Assembly (NCBI GenBank): GCA_003971905.1 | Contig: RSEE01000024.1 | Location: forward strand, 496,001-560,000 | Origin: Moniliella sp. 'wahieum' | Lineage: Eukaryota | DNA: 64,000 bases | Direction: 5' to 3' | In this document: piece after piece, positions 52,223 to 64,000 of the stretch | Position numbering within the stretch: the first letter of the stretch is position 1 | How the letters are laid out: the number at the start of each line of letters is the position of its first letter | Position numbers and translations under genes: made by a program | Notes under the pieces: generated by a model | What the model was told of the DNA's origin: nothing | The model's database searches: none | Seen by the model: the letters and a program-made list of their open reading frames with translations, nothing else

Positions 52223-53707
52223 TTACAGATACGCCAAAGCTCCCACAGCCGCAGCTGCGGCCATGGCAGGCAGACCTGCCTGGGCGAGATTGCCAGCCGA
52301 GTCCTTGTGGAGCTGCACGTTGGACCCCGCCGAACTGCCCGCGACAGGAGCGGACGTTGGGGCGTTACCGACGGCGGAAGAGGCCGCTGGCGAGGCCGAG
52401 ACTCCCGAGGCAGGAGGAGGCGGCGGGGGTGCCGAAGAGGAAGAAGGGGCAACCGTGGTGGTCGTAACGGGGGCGACGGTGAAGCTGGCCGGGCTGGCTT
52501 GGATGACATTGGCGGCTGGCGTGCCAACCGGATGAATATTGCCAGAAATGTACTGGCCAAAGTCGGGGTAGACGATGGTTTGTTCGTGGTACGGCATAGT
52601 GATGTTTTGGCACACTTGCACCGGAGTCACGTGCTTAAAGGCTTGCTTGATTTTGGGCAAGAATTGCATGGCCATGTTCTCCGTGTTGGGGCTCAACTCG
52701 TGCGAAAGAACAATGATACCGCCCGTTTGGAGAGCCGGGCTGGAGGCTTGCGAAATCAAAGATTGGTAGTTGGCCTCGATGCTGGCAGTGGGAGCGTTGC
52801 CATCGGGGACGATGTTCCAGTCATTCGTGTCCTGGTTGTAGCCCCAAATGATCGTCTCGAGTCCTAGCGCATTCGCAATCGCCCGCACGCGATCATCCAC
52901 ATCACCATAAGGCGGGCGCCACCCGGTCACTGTGACGCCAGTGACATACTTGATCGCCTTGGTCGTGTAGTACAGCTCAGCAAAGACTTGGGACGAAGTC
53001 AGGGCGGTCATGTAGTTGTGCGACCACGTGTGGGCAGCAAGAATGTGCCCATCTGTCAGCCCGCGCTGGGCTTGCAGGGGGTAGCCAATCACGTTGGAAC
53101 CAATGTAAAAGAGGGAAGCAGTCTGGTTTTGCTCTTGGAGGAAATCATAAAACTTGTTGTGGCTGCACTCGGGGCCATCATCGTAGGTGAGCCCCCATGT
53201 ACCAGGCTCATTACACTGCGAGACATCGGGCGGGAGACCCTTGAGCTTGGGTGTGACACAACCCGTGGCGGTCCACCAGCAGTCCGGGTCGGCATTGTCA
53301 TCGTAGTGGGTGCCCTGTGCGCTGTTGAGGGGGTTGCCCTTGGGGGCGATGTTGGGGATGGAGCCCTTGATGGAGTTCCACAGCGCCGTAGCCTCGGTAT
53401 CGTTGCTCATGATATCAGCGATCTTCCAGCTTTCAGGGAAGGAAGACTGGAATTGGAGAACGGGCTGATAGTCCCAGTAATTGCACTCGTACGTGGCATT
53501 GTCGTTCTTAGCGAACGACGCATCGTTCTCGTTCCCAGACCCGCTGCCCGCGGAACGCTTGTGCATCTGGGCCACAGATCGCTCAAACTGGGCCAGACGG
53601 GCGGCAGGGGGGTGGTTGGTGATCTCGTCACGGTGCTGGTTTGGACCGTGGGCGAGCACAACACCCGACACGGTGGCTGCAAGCGCAAGGCGGAGCAGGT
53701 GGGGCAT
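52223..53707 (-). CDS. Chitin deacetylase (CE4), secreted, probably GPI-anchored
   Basis: signal-like MPHLLRLALAATVSGVVLA, LTYDDGP, HTWSH, WRPPYGDVDDRVR, IVLSHE, Ser/Pro/Ala-rich stalk, hydrophobic C-terminus. Confidence 0.95.
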   Translation of the reverse strand: MPHLLRLALAATVSGVVLAHGPNQHRDEITNHPPAARLAQFERSVAQMHKRSAGSGSGNENDASFAKNDNATYECNYWDYQPVLQFQSSFPESWKIADIMSNDTEATALWNSIKGSIPNIAPKGNPLNSAQGTHYDDNADPDCWWTATGCVTPKLKGLPPDVSQCNEPGTWGLTYDDGPECSHNKFYDFLQEQNQTASLFYIGSNVIGYPLQAQRGLTDGHILAAHTWSHNYMTALTSSQVFAELYYTTKAIKYVTGVTVTGWRPPYGDVDDRVRAIANALGLETIIWGYNQDTNDWNIVPDGNAPTASIEANYQSLISQASSPALQTGGIIVLSHELSPNTENMAMQFLPKIKQAFKHVTPVQVCQNITMPYHEQTIVYPDFGQYISGNIHPVGTPAANVIQASPASFTVAPVTTTTVAPSSSSAPPPPPPASGVSASPAASSAVGNAPTSAPVAGSSAGSNVQLHKDSAGNLAQAGLPAMAAAAAVGALAYL

Positions 53708-56344
53708 GACGGGCGAGGGAAGGGCGGGGGAGGAGGGAGAAACGGGGGGGGGGGGGGGAGGGATGGGAGACGGGTCGGGTGGATGGGTTTTAAAGGTGGC
53801 TGGCGGAGGGTGGATGTTGGGCGTCTGGGCATGGCATCGCACTGTCCATGGCGCCCGTCGAGCTGAACTGAGTACTGACCGCTGACGATGGAGAATTGGC
53901 GCCTGCGTCCATGTAAGACACCCTCCCTTGTGCCCCAGGCCCATTGCCCCCCGCACAGGGGGGGTGTATGCAGCCTGCCGCCGCCGCCGCCCGTCCCACA
54001 CACCCTGCTAAACCCTGCTGCAACGCGCGCCCTGCGCCTCCCCGGCTGCCAGCCGAACTCGCCGCACCACTGCGCCCGCGTCCCCCCCTGCCCGCCGTCC
54101 CTGCGCACTGGCCTTCTGCAGGGCCCAGACGCTGCCCCCCCGCCCCACCCGGTCGGTGCATGGGGCGCCGGCGCTGCAGGGGCGCGCTTGTCCTGCGATC
54201 GACGGACTTTGGCCGCCTGGCTGCCGATGTGCCAGGACGTGCCCCCAGCTTGCTCTGTGGCGGACGAGCGACTTGATATACATGATGCACGAGTGCACGA
54301 GCGCACGAGCGCAGAGGCCGATTCTTTCGCTGCCGCTGTGGCTTGTGATGCTGGTGACTAGTGACCGGTGACCGGTGCGCTTGTGGCCAACGAAATCCGA
54401 TGGTCCCCCGGTTCAGCACTCAGCCGCTCAGCTGCTCAGCGGCAAATCAGGTCGATCACGACCCCGCCTCATGCAGGCCCCGCACAGGCCCCAGTGTCCG
54501 ATCGTCTCAACGCGTTTGGCCACCGGCTTCTCACCGGCACCAGGCGTCCCACCGTTCTAAACGAACCAGCACAGTTCACATGCACTGTTCGACGTTCGCC
54601 ATGCTTACCGCTCGCGTGCAGCACAACCCACGCCCTGATCGAGATCGGCCGGAGCCTGATCGATGATCGCTGATCTACATCCGCGGCGATGTCACCTGCC
54701 CCGGGTCCCAGCCACCGGTCACCGATCCTCGACATCAGCCACCCAGATTAAGGATTGCAGATCGCCACAGACACCGTCACTATCTGCAGGTTCATATGCG
54801 TCATCATGCATCAATCATCGTCTTCAACGTTCACGTGTTGATGTTCCTACTATCTACGGTCTGCGTGCATGTTCTGTTCGGTTGGCCGTGCATGTGCGAG
54901 AGCGAAAAAGGCCGGAAACGGCGGGCGACGCGGTTATCGCCTTCGCGCTTACGCCCACTTGCGGCCAATCCGCCTATTGCTGCCCTTGTCTGCTGGCTGA
55001 CGCACTGATGGCGTTGATCGATGGTCCACATAGCTTCGAACGACCCAACCGCACGGCACACGCGACACCTTTTTAAGAATTTTACCCACACCATGTTGAC
55101 ATGATGAATGGCAACCCATGTTTGGAAGCGCGCTGTTAGCGCTGGGCTCAGGCCTGCTGAGGCGCTGCTGCTGCAGCTGTGATGGATCCCAGTCGTCTGC
55201 CCCCTACGTCCAACACAGCCCACATGTACCCTTCGTGTACCCTTTGTGTGCCCTTTGGCCGTCCTACTCTTTTGTCATCGTGTGATTAATGATTACCGAT
55301 TCCTGTCCTTGCCATGGAGGGGGGAACGATATCAGGAGTGCTAATTGCATCGCCTAAGGCCTAAAGTCGTTGTCTCCTTGTCAGACCCACCACTGTGTCA
55401 CACGTCATGCATGCCAATCCTCCCAAGTTTCCATGTCGTGTGCACGACGCACCGTGCGTGTTGCTGTTGCGAAGCGATGGCACTTGCGTGCATGCTTGCG
55501 AGCAACAAGAGAATACCCGCCGGAACAATACAGCCATCAGCGTGTGATATATAGATAGCGCGCGACTAGGCAGAGCGCTACCGGCTGCAAGCTGCCCGGG
55601 AGATCGATCGATCAGCTTCAAAAGACGTGCGAGAAGGTTGTTGGTGCTGCCTCGCGTGACCGGCTTGACCTTGTGCCGAGATATGGTCAGCGCGAGAGTG
55701 TTCCCAGGAGAAAAGGGTGTGTATAGCGCGGGGAGCAACATATTAGAATGCTCGCGCCATGCACGTCATGCACAGTGGTCAGCCGGTCAGCGCAGAGTAC
55801 AGTACGCTCCGCCAGGCTCTCCTTCCCCACAATCCATTATCTACATCATCTTCATCCTCGATAGTCAAAGCCAGAAGAGAATGTAACTGGGCCCCAATCA
55901 GAACATGATTCGACCGCCTCGCAGGACCCCAAAGTTCCCCAGAGTTGGCGCCGCGCCCTCATCGATCAACGATCATCTCGGTTGCATCAGCTCGAGGCAG
56001 TGGACCCTGGGGACCCGTGCGAGGTTTATCGTTTATCGTTGACTAGTGACCAGTGACTAGTACTTGATGGGCTCCATCCCTCGTCTTCTATGAGGGGGGC
56101 GGGAAAGGCAAAAGGAAGCGTGCCACGCACTGGCGTCCCGTCCCATTTGCCCTCGCGAAGGATGAGCCAGAGACCAGTAGTCTCTGCTGCTGCGGCCTTT
56201 TCCGGGATGGTGGGATTGATGGTTACGCGGCCTGCAGTGGCGATGCCGTGTTGTTCCAGTAGTGGGAAACGATTTTGAAGCCGGTCCCCAGCGTGTGCGG
56301 GGAGCTTTCCGCACAACGTATTCTTCTCAGATGCTTCGAAGTTG

Positions 56345-57098
56345 TCACGGGCGGGCGCCGCCAGGGGGCCCGCCCTGGGGTTTTTGGGGTACAATCCCTT
56401 AGGCGACGGTAGGTCGACTCACGGTAGTTTCGGGCTTGGGCTGGTTGGTGTATCCGAGCGGAGCTAGGGACGAGGAGAGGCCTTTGGTGGGGCGGCTGCA
56501 CGTGTGGCAAGGCTGCGTCTGCACCGGCTTGGGCCGTAGTAACGTGTCTGAAGCCTCCGGGACTTAGGGACGGGAGGAGGCAGAGGGGGACAAACATTGC
56601 CTCAACTGAGACTGGGAATCGACGCGACCAAAGGAGGGCTCGCGCGACTGGACTGACGAAGGGCTGGAGGACGAGGTCGGAGGAGATGTCGGACGCTAAC
56701 AAGAGTAGGCTGCCTGTACTGGATCAATTGGCTGGAAAACGGGCAGGAGTCGGACAGGATAGGCGGGAAAGGACGAAATGGAGGGTAGACGAGGGGGTTG
56801 AGACGAGAATGGAAGGTGGGGGAAAGGATCCCCATCAACCAGGGGTACAGGCAGGTTCAAAAGGGAAACGGATACAAGAGGGGGTGTAGAAAGGAAGACA
56901 CGTCAAAAGCGGGGGTGGCCGCCGCAGGCGCGACCGAGAAAGGAAAAGGAAACGGGGACGGGGCGACCGATGTCGCCACGGCATTGGAAGCTCGGTGGCC
57001 TTATTTAGGCCAGCCGACTTGGACTTGGGCGGGGGGCGACTATTGCCGCGCGGATGCATGGCCCTTCGGCCACGATACTTAATTTAGCCAACCATCAT
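56345..57098. repeat. Unclassified dispersed repeat, copy B (uninterrupted, ~750 bp)
   Basis: colinear similarity with 7437-8465 once the 200-bp insert is removed. Confidence 0.8.
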
Positions 57099-57622
57099 CA
57101 CACTTGGTTGGCCTGCGGTGCACGCTCTACTGGACATGTGCGGAGCAGGCGGGCCTTAGCTTGGGTCGGACCATCTCGAGTCCGCCGCAGCCCGTGACAG
57201 AAGTCCTGCAACATGCAACCTCCGTAGGCAAACACGGCGCGTCCGGTACTCTGATGTGGCCTGAGGGCTCCCGTAACCAGCAGCCAGCGAACGCCGTCCC
57301 CACGCCGGCGTCTCGCGCGGTGTGGCCCGGACGGGGTGCGGGGGATGCTGGTATAGCTAGCTGATATATATGGTTTCGGCTGCAAATGGGCTCGGGCGCT
57401 CAGGCGCTCCAGGAGCTCGGGTGGCAGACAAAATCTAATTTCAGCCTAGTACAGTGCAACATTTCAAGGACAGCCAAGCTAGTCGCGTCGCGCCCTCGCC
57501 GGCGCGTCAACGCCCGCATGGGGGGGCTGAGAGTTGCGCGCTGTCTGGGCTGGTGCGAGCCAGAGCAGAAAGAGCCACCCACCTTTCTTCCACGGCCACC
57601 CATCCTACCTCCCCTCCTCGCC

Positions 57623-58976
57623 ATGCTCCCGTCCATTCCGACCGTTCAGGATGTGCCGCGGCTGTGGCAGCAACATCTCTACCGCTCCCCCCTGCCGCGC
57701 AGTGACAAGGAGCAGGAGGGGTATGTGCTTGGCGTTGACGAGGCCGGCCGAGGACCGGTGCTGGGTACGTGTTCCCCGGCAACCAACGTTTCCAAGCACC
57801 TAACTGAACTGAACTGAACTGATGCCACGGCAGGACCTTTGGTATATGCCATTGCGCTCTGTCCCACCTCGTACCACGACCAGGTGGGAGAGATGGGGTT
57901 CAATGATTCCAAGGCGCTGACCGAGGTGCGACGGGAGGAACTGTTCCAGACAATGGAGCAGGACCCTCAGTTGGCGTATGCCACCCTCGCTCTTTCCCCT
58001 GCCTCGATCAGCGCGGGTATGCTGCGCCGTATGCCCCACAATCTCAATGCCCAGTCCTTGGGCGCCACGGTAGAGTTGATTGCGGGTGTATTGGACCGGG
58101 TGCGCGTGACAGCGATCTATGTGGATACGGTGGGCGACCCGGAGCGGTACCGACAGACGCTCAAGTCGTATTTTAACATGCCCAAGTACAAGGACATTGA
58201 CTGGGTTGTCGCGTCTAAGGCCGATGCCACGTACCCTGTCACGGGCGCTGCCTCCATCGCGGCCAAAGTGACAAGAGACGCGTTCATTATGCACTGGGCT
58301 TACCCAGAGCCCGGGCTGGGGGGGACCATTCCCCTTCCTGCGACGACGAAGAGAGGAGGAACCGGCGGCAGTCCCGGCCAAACGGGGGAGAGGCAAGAAA
58401 GGCGGGCCGAATAAGAAGACCAAAACGATGTGCGAACCTACGATGCAAGAAAAAGCGTTTTGGATACCAGGCAGCGGCTACCCTTCTGACCCCAACACAT
58501 CTGCCTACCTCGTCCGTGCGTTGGATCCCGTCTTTGGCTGGCCCAACATTGTCCGCTTCTCCTGGGCCACCTCCAAAAACATGTTGCAAGAGAAGAAGCG
58601 GGTCGACTTTCCCAAAACCCGAGCGAACGCTGGAAAGGCACCTCCTCCCGTGGCCGAGGACCAAGCCGTGTCGCCCTTTGGCACGCGACTGCCCTCGGGC
58701 CTCCGGGCCTACCCGGTGCGTTGGATGGATGAGCCCGTGACGCTTACCAGCTTTTTTGGAAAGAAGAGCGCGGAGAAGAAGGAATGGGAGGCAGCTGGAC
58801 AGGCTGCCGCCGCGGCTCATACCCAGGCTCGGACGGGCCTACCGAGCGAGCTGGGACTGCAGCCGGCTTCTCTGGGCTTCTTTAATCCATTCTTCCTAGT
58901 CGGTTGGGCTACTTGTTTGTTTCGGAAATGGGTAGGGTGGGCTAAAGGGGTGGGAGCACAATGTTCGTTTCATTAA
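57623..58976 (+). CDS. RNH201: Ribonuclease H2 catalytic subunit A; intron 57765-57833; frameshift near 58400, 3' end approximate
   Basis: LGVDEAGRGPVLG|PLVY, FNDSKAL, IYVDTVG, KADATYPVTGAASIAAKVTRD, GSGYPSDPNT, VRFSWAT. Confidence 0.93.
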
Positions 58977-59158
58977 GGATGCGAGGGCTGAACGAGCAAA
59001 CCCAGATTCAAAATTGCTCACCTTGGAAGGGCACATTCGTAGAAGAAAGTGGGAATTAGAGCTTCGGCTCTAGAAGCAGGCGAAGCGGGCAAGTTCAACC
59101 TCAATCAAGTACAAATACGAACGGTCGAGGGATGAACAGCCGCTGTTGTTGTCCACCT

Positions 59159-60323
59159 TTAGAGTCCCGAAAGGAATATGCGCAGGTCCCGATCGTCTTT
59201 ATCTTGAGATTGGCCAAGCCAGGAGCGGGAAGGACCGAGCGCATTAAGGGCGTACTCGACGCGGCCGCGGTGAACCACGTCCGGGTCCAGCTGGTCAACC
59301 CGACCCCCCAACACGTAATCAAATTCCTCCTCGTCCCTGTCTTCTTGTACCGCGGACGGGGAAGAGAACAGAGCCCATAACCGGGCCCAGAGAGACTTGC
59401 TCCCTTCCCTCTGGATGTCATCGATTCCACTCAACTTGGCCAGGCCAGCTGCTCCAGTGGAACGACCAACTTTGAGTGCAGCCGATGAAAGGTCCAGGCA
59501 CTCTCGAACCCCATCTTGGCCCGGGAGAGCAGCTGGGCGCGACGCTTTTGGTCTACCTCCTTGAGCAAGGGAGAAAGGTCCGCTCGCGTAAACAACACCA
59601 GCAGAGAGGGGGGAGGCGACTTGATTGCCGTCTCATCGCGCAGCCGCTGGGTCGCCAGCGCTGCCAACGTCGCATGCAGAAAGCTGTCACAAGGTCAGAA
59701 AAGTAAACTTGGGGAGTTGGGGGGGGGGGGGGGGGGGGGGCGTACTCTACACTATCAGCCAAGGGTGACCCAGATGCTGGAGCAGTAGTGGCGTTAGCAC
59801 CCGAGCGGCGGTGGTAGCGTCGACACAGAAGATGAGTGCCTCGGTCTGAGGGAGGAGGTCGTGTGCACGGCGGCGCAAGCGTGGATGTCCAGGGGTATCG
59901 ATCAAGCGCACAGCTGTGGAGCGGGGAACCTTTTCAGAAAGGGCCTCGGGAGTTCCCAGCACAGTCCACCCAGTGGTGTCCACTTGGGAGGTGTGGGTGT
60001 TGGCTACACACCGTACACCAGCGAGGAGAAGAGCGCAGTCTTCCCGTGTCAGAGGGGCCGACGAGAAGAGCAGTGAGTGGGCCAGGCTTGCGAGCGGGCT
60101 CGGCTGGGGATGGAGGCGGGCGGAGCGGGATGAAGCTGACAGCCAGTACGAAGAACAGGACAAGGAGGCCGACGGCGAGTGCGTCTACGATCGTAGACGG
60201 GGCAGCGGTGGCCAGGAAGGGCAGCCGCGCCTGGTGGGCCGATACAAGGCGTACAACCTCGGCCCGGGGGGCATCAAGGGCAGCAGGCCAGGCGAGGGCC
60301 AAGGTGGGCTTGGGGGTGGGCAT
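59159..60323 (-). CDS. SRP102: Signal recognition particle receptor beta subunit (membrane-anchored GTPase); intron ~59742-59685; frameshifts
   Basis: N-terminal TM, LLVGPSDTG(KT) P-loop, THTSQ, LIDTPGHPRLR, LIFCVDAT. Confidence 0.8.
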
Positions 60324-60863
60324 GAACGGGTGGTGGAGCAGACGGGTTGTCTCGTGTTGCCGAGTGGCCAGCGTCGGCGAGTCGGGGCGGGGCTGGTTTA
60401 GCGTTTGTTCAGCTGCACGGCTGAACGTTCAGTTGGACGGGTACGCTTTAAGCTTTAAGCTTTGTGCGCCTCAGCCGGACAGCGCCCAATAAGCGCATCG
60501 GTGCATCAGCACACAGGAAGCGAGGGTATCACCACACACAGTGGCCCTGTGCGGGCCAGAACGGTGCAACGTAAGGCCATTGTATACCTCCGTGTACTTG
60601 CAATGTCACATGTCTGCTTCTCTTGTGCTTGGTGTTATGCGTCACTCCCTGGCCGGTGCGTCGGTGGGGCACCGGCGATCAGATCAGGCCTGCCTCAGGT
60701 TGATCAGCATCATCGCTGTCCAGCCTCAGCGCGGAGGCTCAGCGCTCAGGCTGAGCCGACCCCACCCATCAACTGTCCACTGTCCACCGTCCACCGTCCA
60801 TCTGAACTTCTCTGCGAACCATCCATTTCTACTGGGGTATAGGCAATCGAAGGTCTGCCGCGC

Positions 60864-61947
60864 CTAGCTACACTGCCCGCGCGGCGGCTGCCACTCGTGT
60901 CGTGGCCGGCTGCTTGCAGGCACAGGTGCGACCGCATCCGAAGTGGTAAAGTACGGGTGGCGCAGCGCCTCCTCCGCGCTCAACCGCTGGGCTGGATCAA
61001 ACTTCAATAGCTTTTCCAGCAGATCAATGGCCAGTGGATGGGCCTTGCGGAAAATCTGAGTAAAGGGCACGGGAGCATGTCTGGTAAAGTTTCGAAGCGA
61101 GCTCTGGATCTCGGGCTAACATCATTCGCATATGGTTAGTAACGCAAATACCGGGGACGGGAAGCAAAGATGGGAAACCGTACCGAGTCGTGAATCATTC
61201 TCCGGATCGTCGTCTCGTCCGGGGTGCCGAGGATATTGAAAATGTGCTGCAGCTGGTCGTTGTTGTCCCGGCCTTGGAAGAGCGGGTAGCCCGTGATCAT
61301 TTCGGCAAAGATGCAACCAGCCGACCAAATGTCAATCGAGGTGGAGTACGTGCGCGATCCGAGAAGGACATCGGGCGCACGGTACCAAAGAGTGACCACC
61401 TCGTTGCTAAACGTGTTGACTGGGATGCCAAATGCGCGAGCCAGGCCAAAGTCGGCCAACTTGAGCTGGCCCGCCTTGTTGATCAGCAAGTTTTGCGGTT
61501 TGAGGTCCCGGTGCAACACCCGGTTTTCGTGACAGAACGCAGTGCCGCGCAGGAGCTGGAACATAAAGTTGCGCACAACGGTGGGGTCGAGTGCGCCATG
61601 ATCTCCATGCTGATCCATGTATTTTTCAGATCAAGATCCATGTACTCAAACACGAGCATCAGCTTGGTCTCGGTATGGATGACATCGTAGAGGCGCAAAA
61701 TGTTGGGATGACGCAGCTCCTTCATCAGGCTGATCTCGCGGATGGCAGTGGAGGGTGTGCCTTCTTCCGCATCGAGATGGATCTCCTTGAGCGCCACAAT
61801 TTCCCCCGTCCGGCGGGAGCGGCCCTTGTACACGGTCGCATACGTGCCCTCGCCCAGCTTCTCCAACTCTGGAACGGATCAGCAAACGGAAAGAGGCGAA
61901 GCGTGGGGCGATGAGAGAAGCAGTGGGGACGTACGGGTGTAGTTCAT
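60864..61947 (-). CDS. PHO85: Cyclin-dependent kinase Pho85/Cdk5; introns ~61934-61869 and ~61183-61116; frameshift near 61622
   Basis: [78 protein letters not shown]. Confidence 0.96.
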
Positions 61948-62226
61948 GGGTCAGATGGTGGGGGCCAAGAACAAGGAAGTGGCGCGAGCCAGCCAGCGCC
62001 AGAGCCAGCCACTCGCAACGTGGAAATGGCGCGGGGCAGAGCCGATTACATAACCATTGTCTATGACCCCTTGCCTAGCATGCCTTCGGTTTGTCTATGC
62101 AAAACACCGCACGTGCGCAGGGTGACCTCACCGGTGAGCGGTGGCAATGGGAGCATCATCGGTCAACGAAGGGTAGGTCGGTATTGGCGGGGACCGAAGG
62201 GACAGAGGGCATGCCCCCCATTGCAG

Positions 62227-62971
62227 TTAGGGGAAAGACGGCTGGCCTGGCAGAAATGCATACTGTGGGCCTATGACTTGGGGCAATTGGTAGTGGTGCG
62301 GAACCATAAATTCTTCCTCCATATCCTCATTCCGTCCTTCAGGGAAGAGAGCGGGGGGTTCGGCGATGGGTTGAAGACTAATTGAGGCAGAAAAGAGCCT
62401 CGCCAGGGGATTGGAATGGAGCAGGGGTTGGGCACCAGGCCATGGGTCTTGTGGAATATGCTGGAGAATCCCTCCACCTCCCCCGATAGGAGCATCTGCT
62501 GGCACCAGGTTTGGAGGTGTGAAGGCAGGAGGAACGGTGTGCTCACTTATAATTGACGTAACGACGAAGGAGCAACGTGGGCTGAAAGAACATCTGGTCA
62601 AAAACCAACTCTGCATCGAGGACTCGAAAGGACCCTGCAGATCCCCCCCATATCATCCTAGTGTGGGACCACATGTCAGAAGCGACATTCCACTCAACCG
62701 CATCCTGATTGGTAGAAACAGATGGGGGGGCATCGTGCGTGAGAAAAACAGGCTGGGGCTTATCCTGTGGGATAGGCAGATCTTTCTCCAAACGCAAGCT
62801 GGCGAGGACAGTACTCTCAATATCTTCTTGGTCAGGCGGCATGATCTCTGATGGACCGCGCTCAAAGAGCGAGAGCTTCATACCCCGACCAAAACCACCG
62901 CTATGGTCAGGCGTGGAACCCACTGTCTGGCATTCATGCTCCTGCTTCGCTGTCCAGGTTGATCCCGACAC
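62227..62971 (-). CDS. Possible hypothetical protein in overlapping ORFs
   Basis: overlapping minus-strand ORFs 62543-62971, 62271-62546 and 62227-62616 with protein-like composition; no motif recognised. Confidence 0.3.
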
Positions 62972-64000
62972 GGTGGACGAGGCAGGAGGGCGATTGGCCT
63001 AACGAGACAAATGCCAGGAAGGTGCGTTGAGTGGATCGTCAACTGCATGGCACGATCAGTGAGGGCTAGTGCGGCTAACCAAATGCAACCATCAAGAAAA
63101 AGAGAGGGTTGCACGAACCTTTGTCCCCCGACAGGCACGGCCAATCTGAGCCCGGAGCACGCCTTGGAAACGTGGCTTGTCTTCACCAGACCCAGGGCGG
63201 GGCGGCGCAGGAGGGTCCGCCTGGGGAGGGATGCACTCCCCCGTATTCAGGACGCAGGCTACTGAGATTCAGGCCAGTACCAATGGGTACGCGTCTCATA
63301 GCCGATTCTTGCGTCGACCGCATCGGATGCTCCCGTGCGCCTAAGCATGTGCATGCTCAATACGGGCACTTTGGTATTGGAGGCAACTAGTAGTAGATGG
63401 GCTTGTGCGACTGTGGTGGGGGAGACGGCTGGGCTGCTGCGGCGGGAAAAGGCATACCAGGCGTCGAGGAATTATGTTTGTGAGGGGCATCGCGCATCCC
63501 CTCTGGGCCCAACTGGAGGGGGGCGGAGGAAGACATGACGAGGGAAGTGACAGCAGCAGTAGCAGCCAGCAGATACCAGCCGCCTTGTCAGGCCTTGCTT
63601 GCCCGCACCCGTCCGTAGAACAACAGAAGAGAACAACAAGCTAGTACCTTTGACGTTTATAACAACCCAGCGCTCGCCTGTCCTGTTAAGATCCACGCTC
63701 CATGTGCTCATGTACGCAGTATTCCCGTGCAAGTTCTTCGCCACGCCTTCCATTTCCATATCGATTGGTTAAGGGGTTACCGGTTACCGGTAATCGATAA
63801 TCACCGGTTTTAGGCCAGCCAGCCAACGCGGGGTAAATATGCCATGTGTTCTTCTCCCCACCTCCTTTCTCCGTCTCGCTGTCTTTCTCCGCATCTTCGG
63901 CAGAGCAGCCCGCACAGCTGTGTGACCGTCACCGTCGCCAGTCATATATCACCACTGATTAATGATAGTGGGCCCGGCCATGTCTTGAAGTAGCCCCTGC

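Noticed and set aside
56440..56500. HDV-like ribozyme in the dispersed repeat (minus-strand CTCCTCGT resembles loop L3)
   Set aside because: Flanking bases do not form the P3 stem and the motif is not kept in copy A.
59714..59740. Long G-runs as G-quadruplex elements
   Set aside because: Intronic or UTR homopolymers of unreliable length in this assembly, with no further support.

Overview
GC-rich, gene-dense eukaryotic DNA with short GT-AG introns and CTRAC-type branch points. Gene content and style suggest a basidiomycete fungus, probably Ustilaginomycotina (inference). About 18 conserved housekeeping genes are recognisable: YSC84/SYLF-domain protein, actin, RPC19, UDP-glucose dehydrogenase, TBC Rab-GAP, 6-phosphogluconolactonase, RCE1, GH38 alpha-mannosidase, nucleoside phosphorylase, SHO1, KRE6/SKN1, polyubiquitin, coatomer gamma, GPAT/DHAPAT acyltransferase, chitin deacetylase, RNase H2A, SRP receptor beta and PHO85. 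Many carry 1-2 nt frameshifts, most simply explained as consensus errors. There are four tRNA genes and a U24/snR24 box C/D snoRNA inside an intron of an apparently non-coding host. The most interesting material is mobile DNA. (1) A recent 4.7-kb copia-style LTR element has near-identical LTRs and a 5-bp TSD, but carries a long repeat-built ORF and no recognisable pol. (2) A near full-length CRE-clade RT/RLE non-LTR element has a 10-bp TTAGGG-containing TSD 20 bp behind tRNA-Thr, and there are two 5'-truncated relatives. (3) An unclassified ~750-bp dispersed repeat co-occurs with them. Intergenic DNA is also peppered with tandem 7-bp interrupted palindromes of the form xyT-N-Ay'x'.
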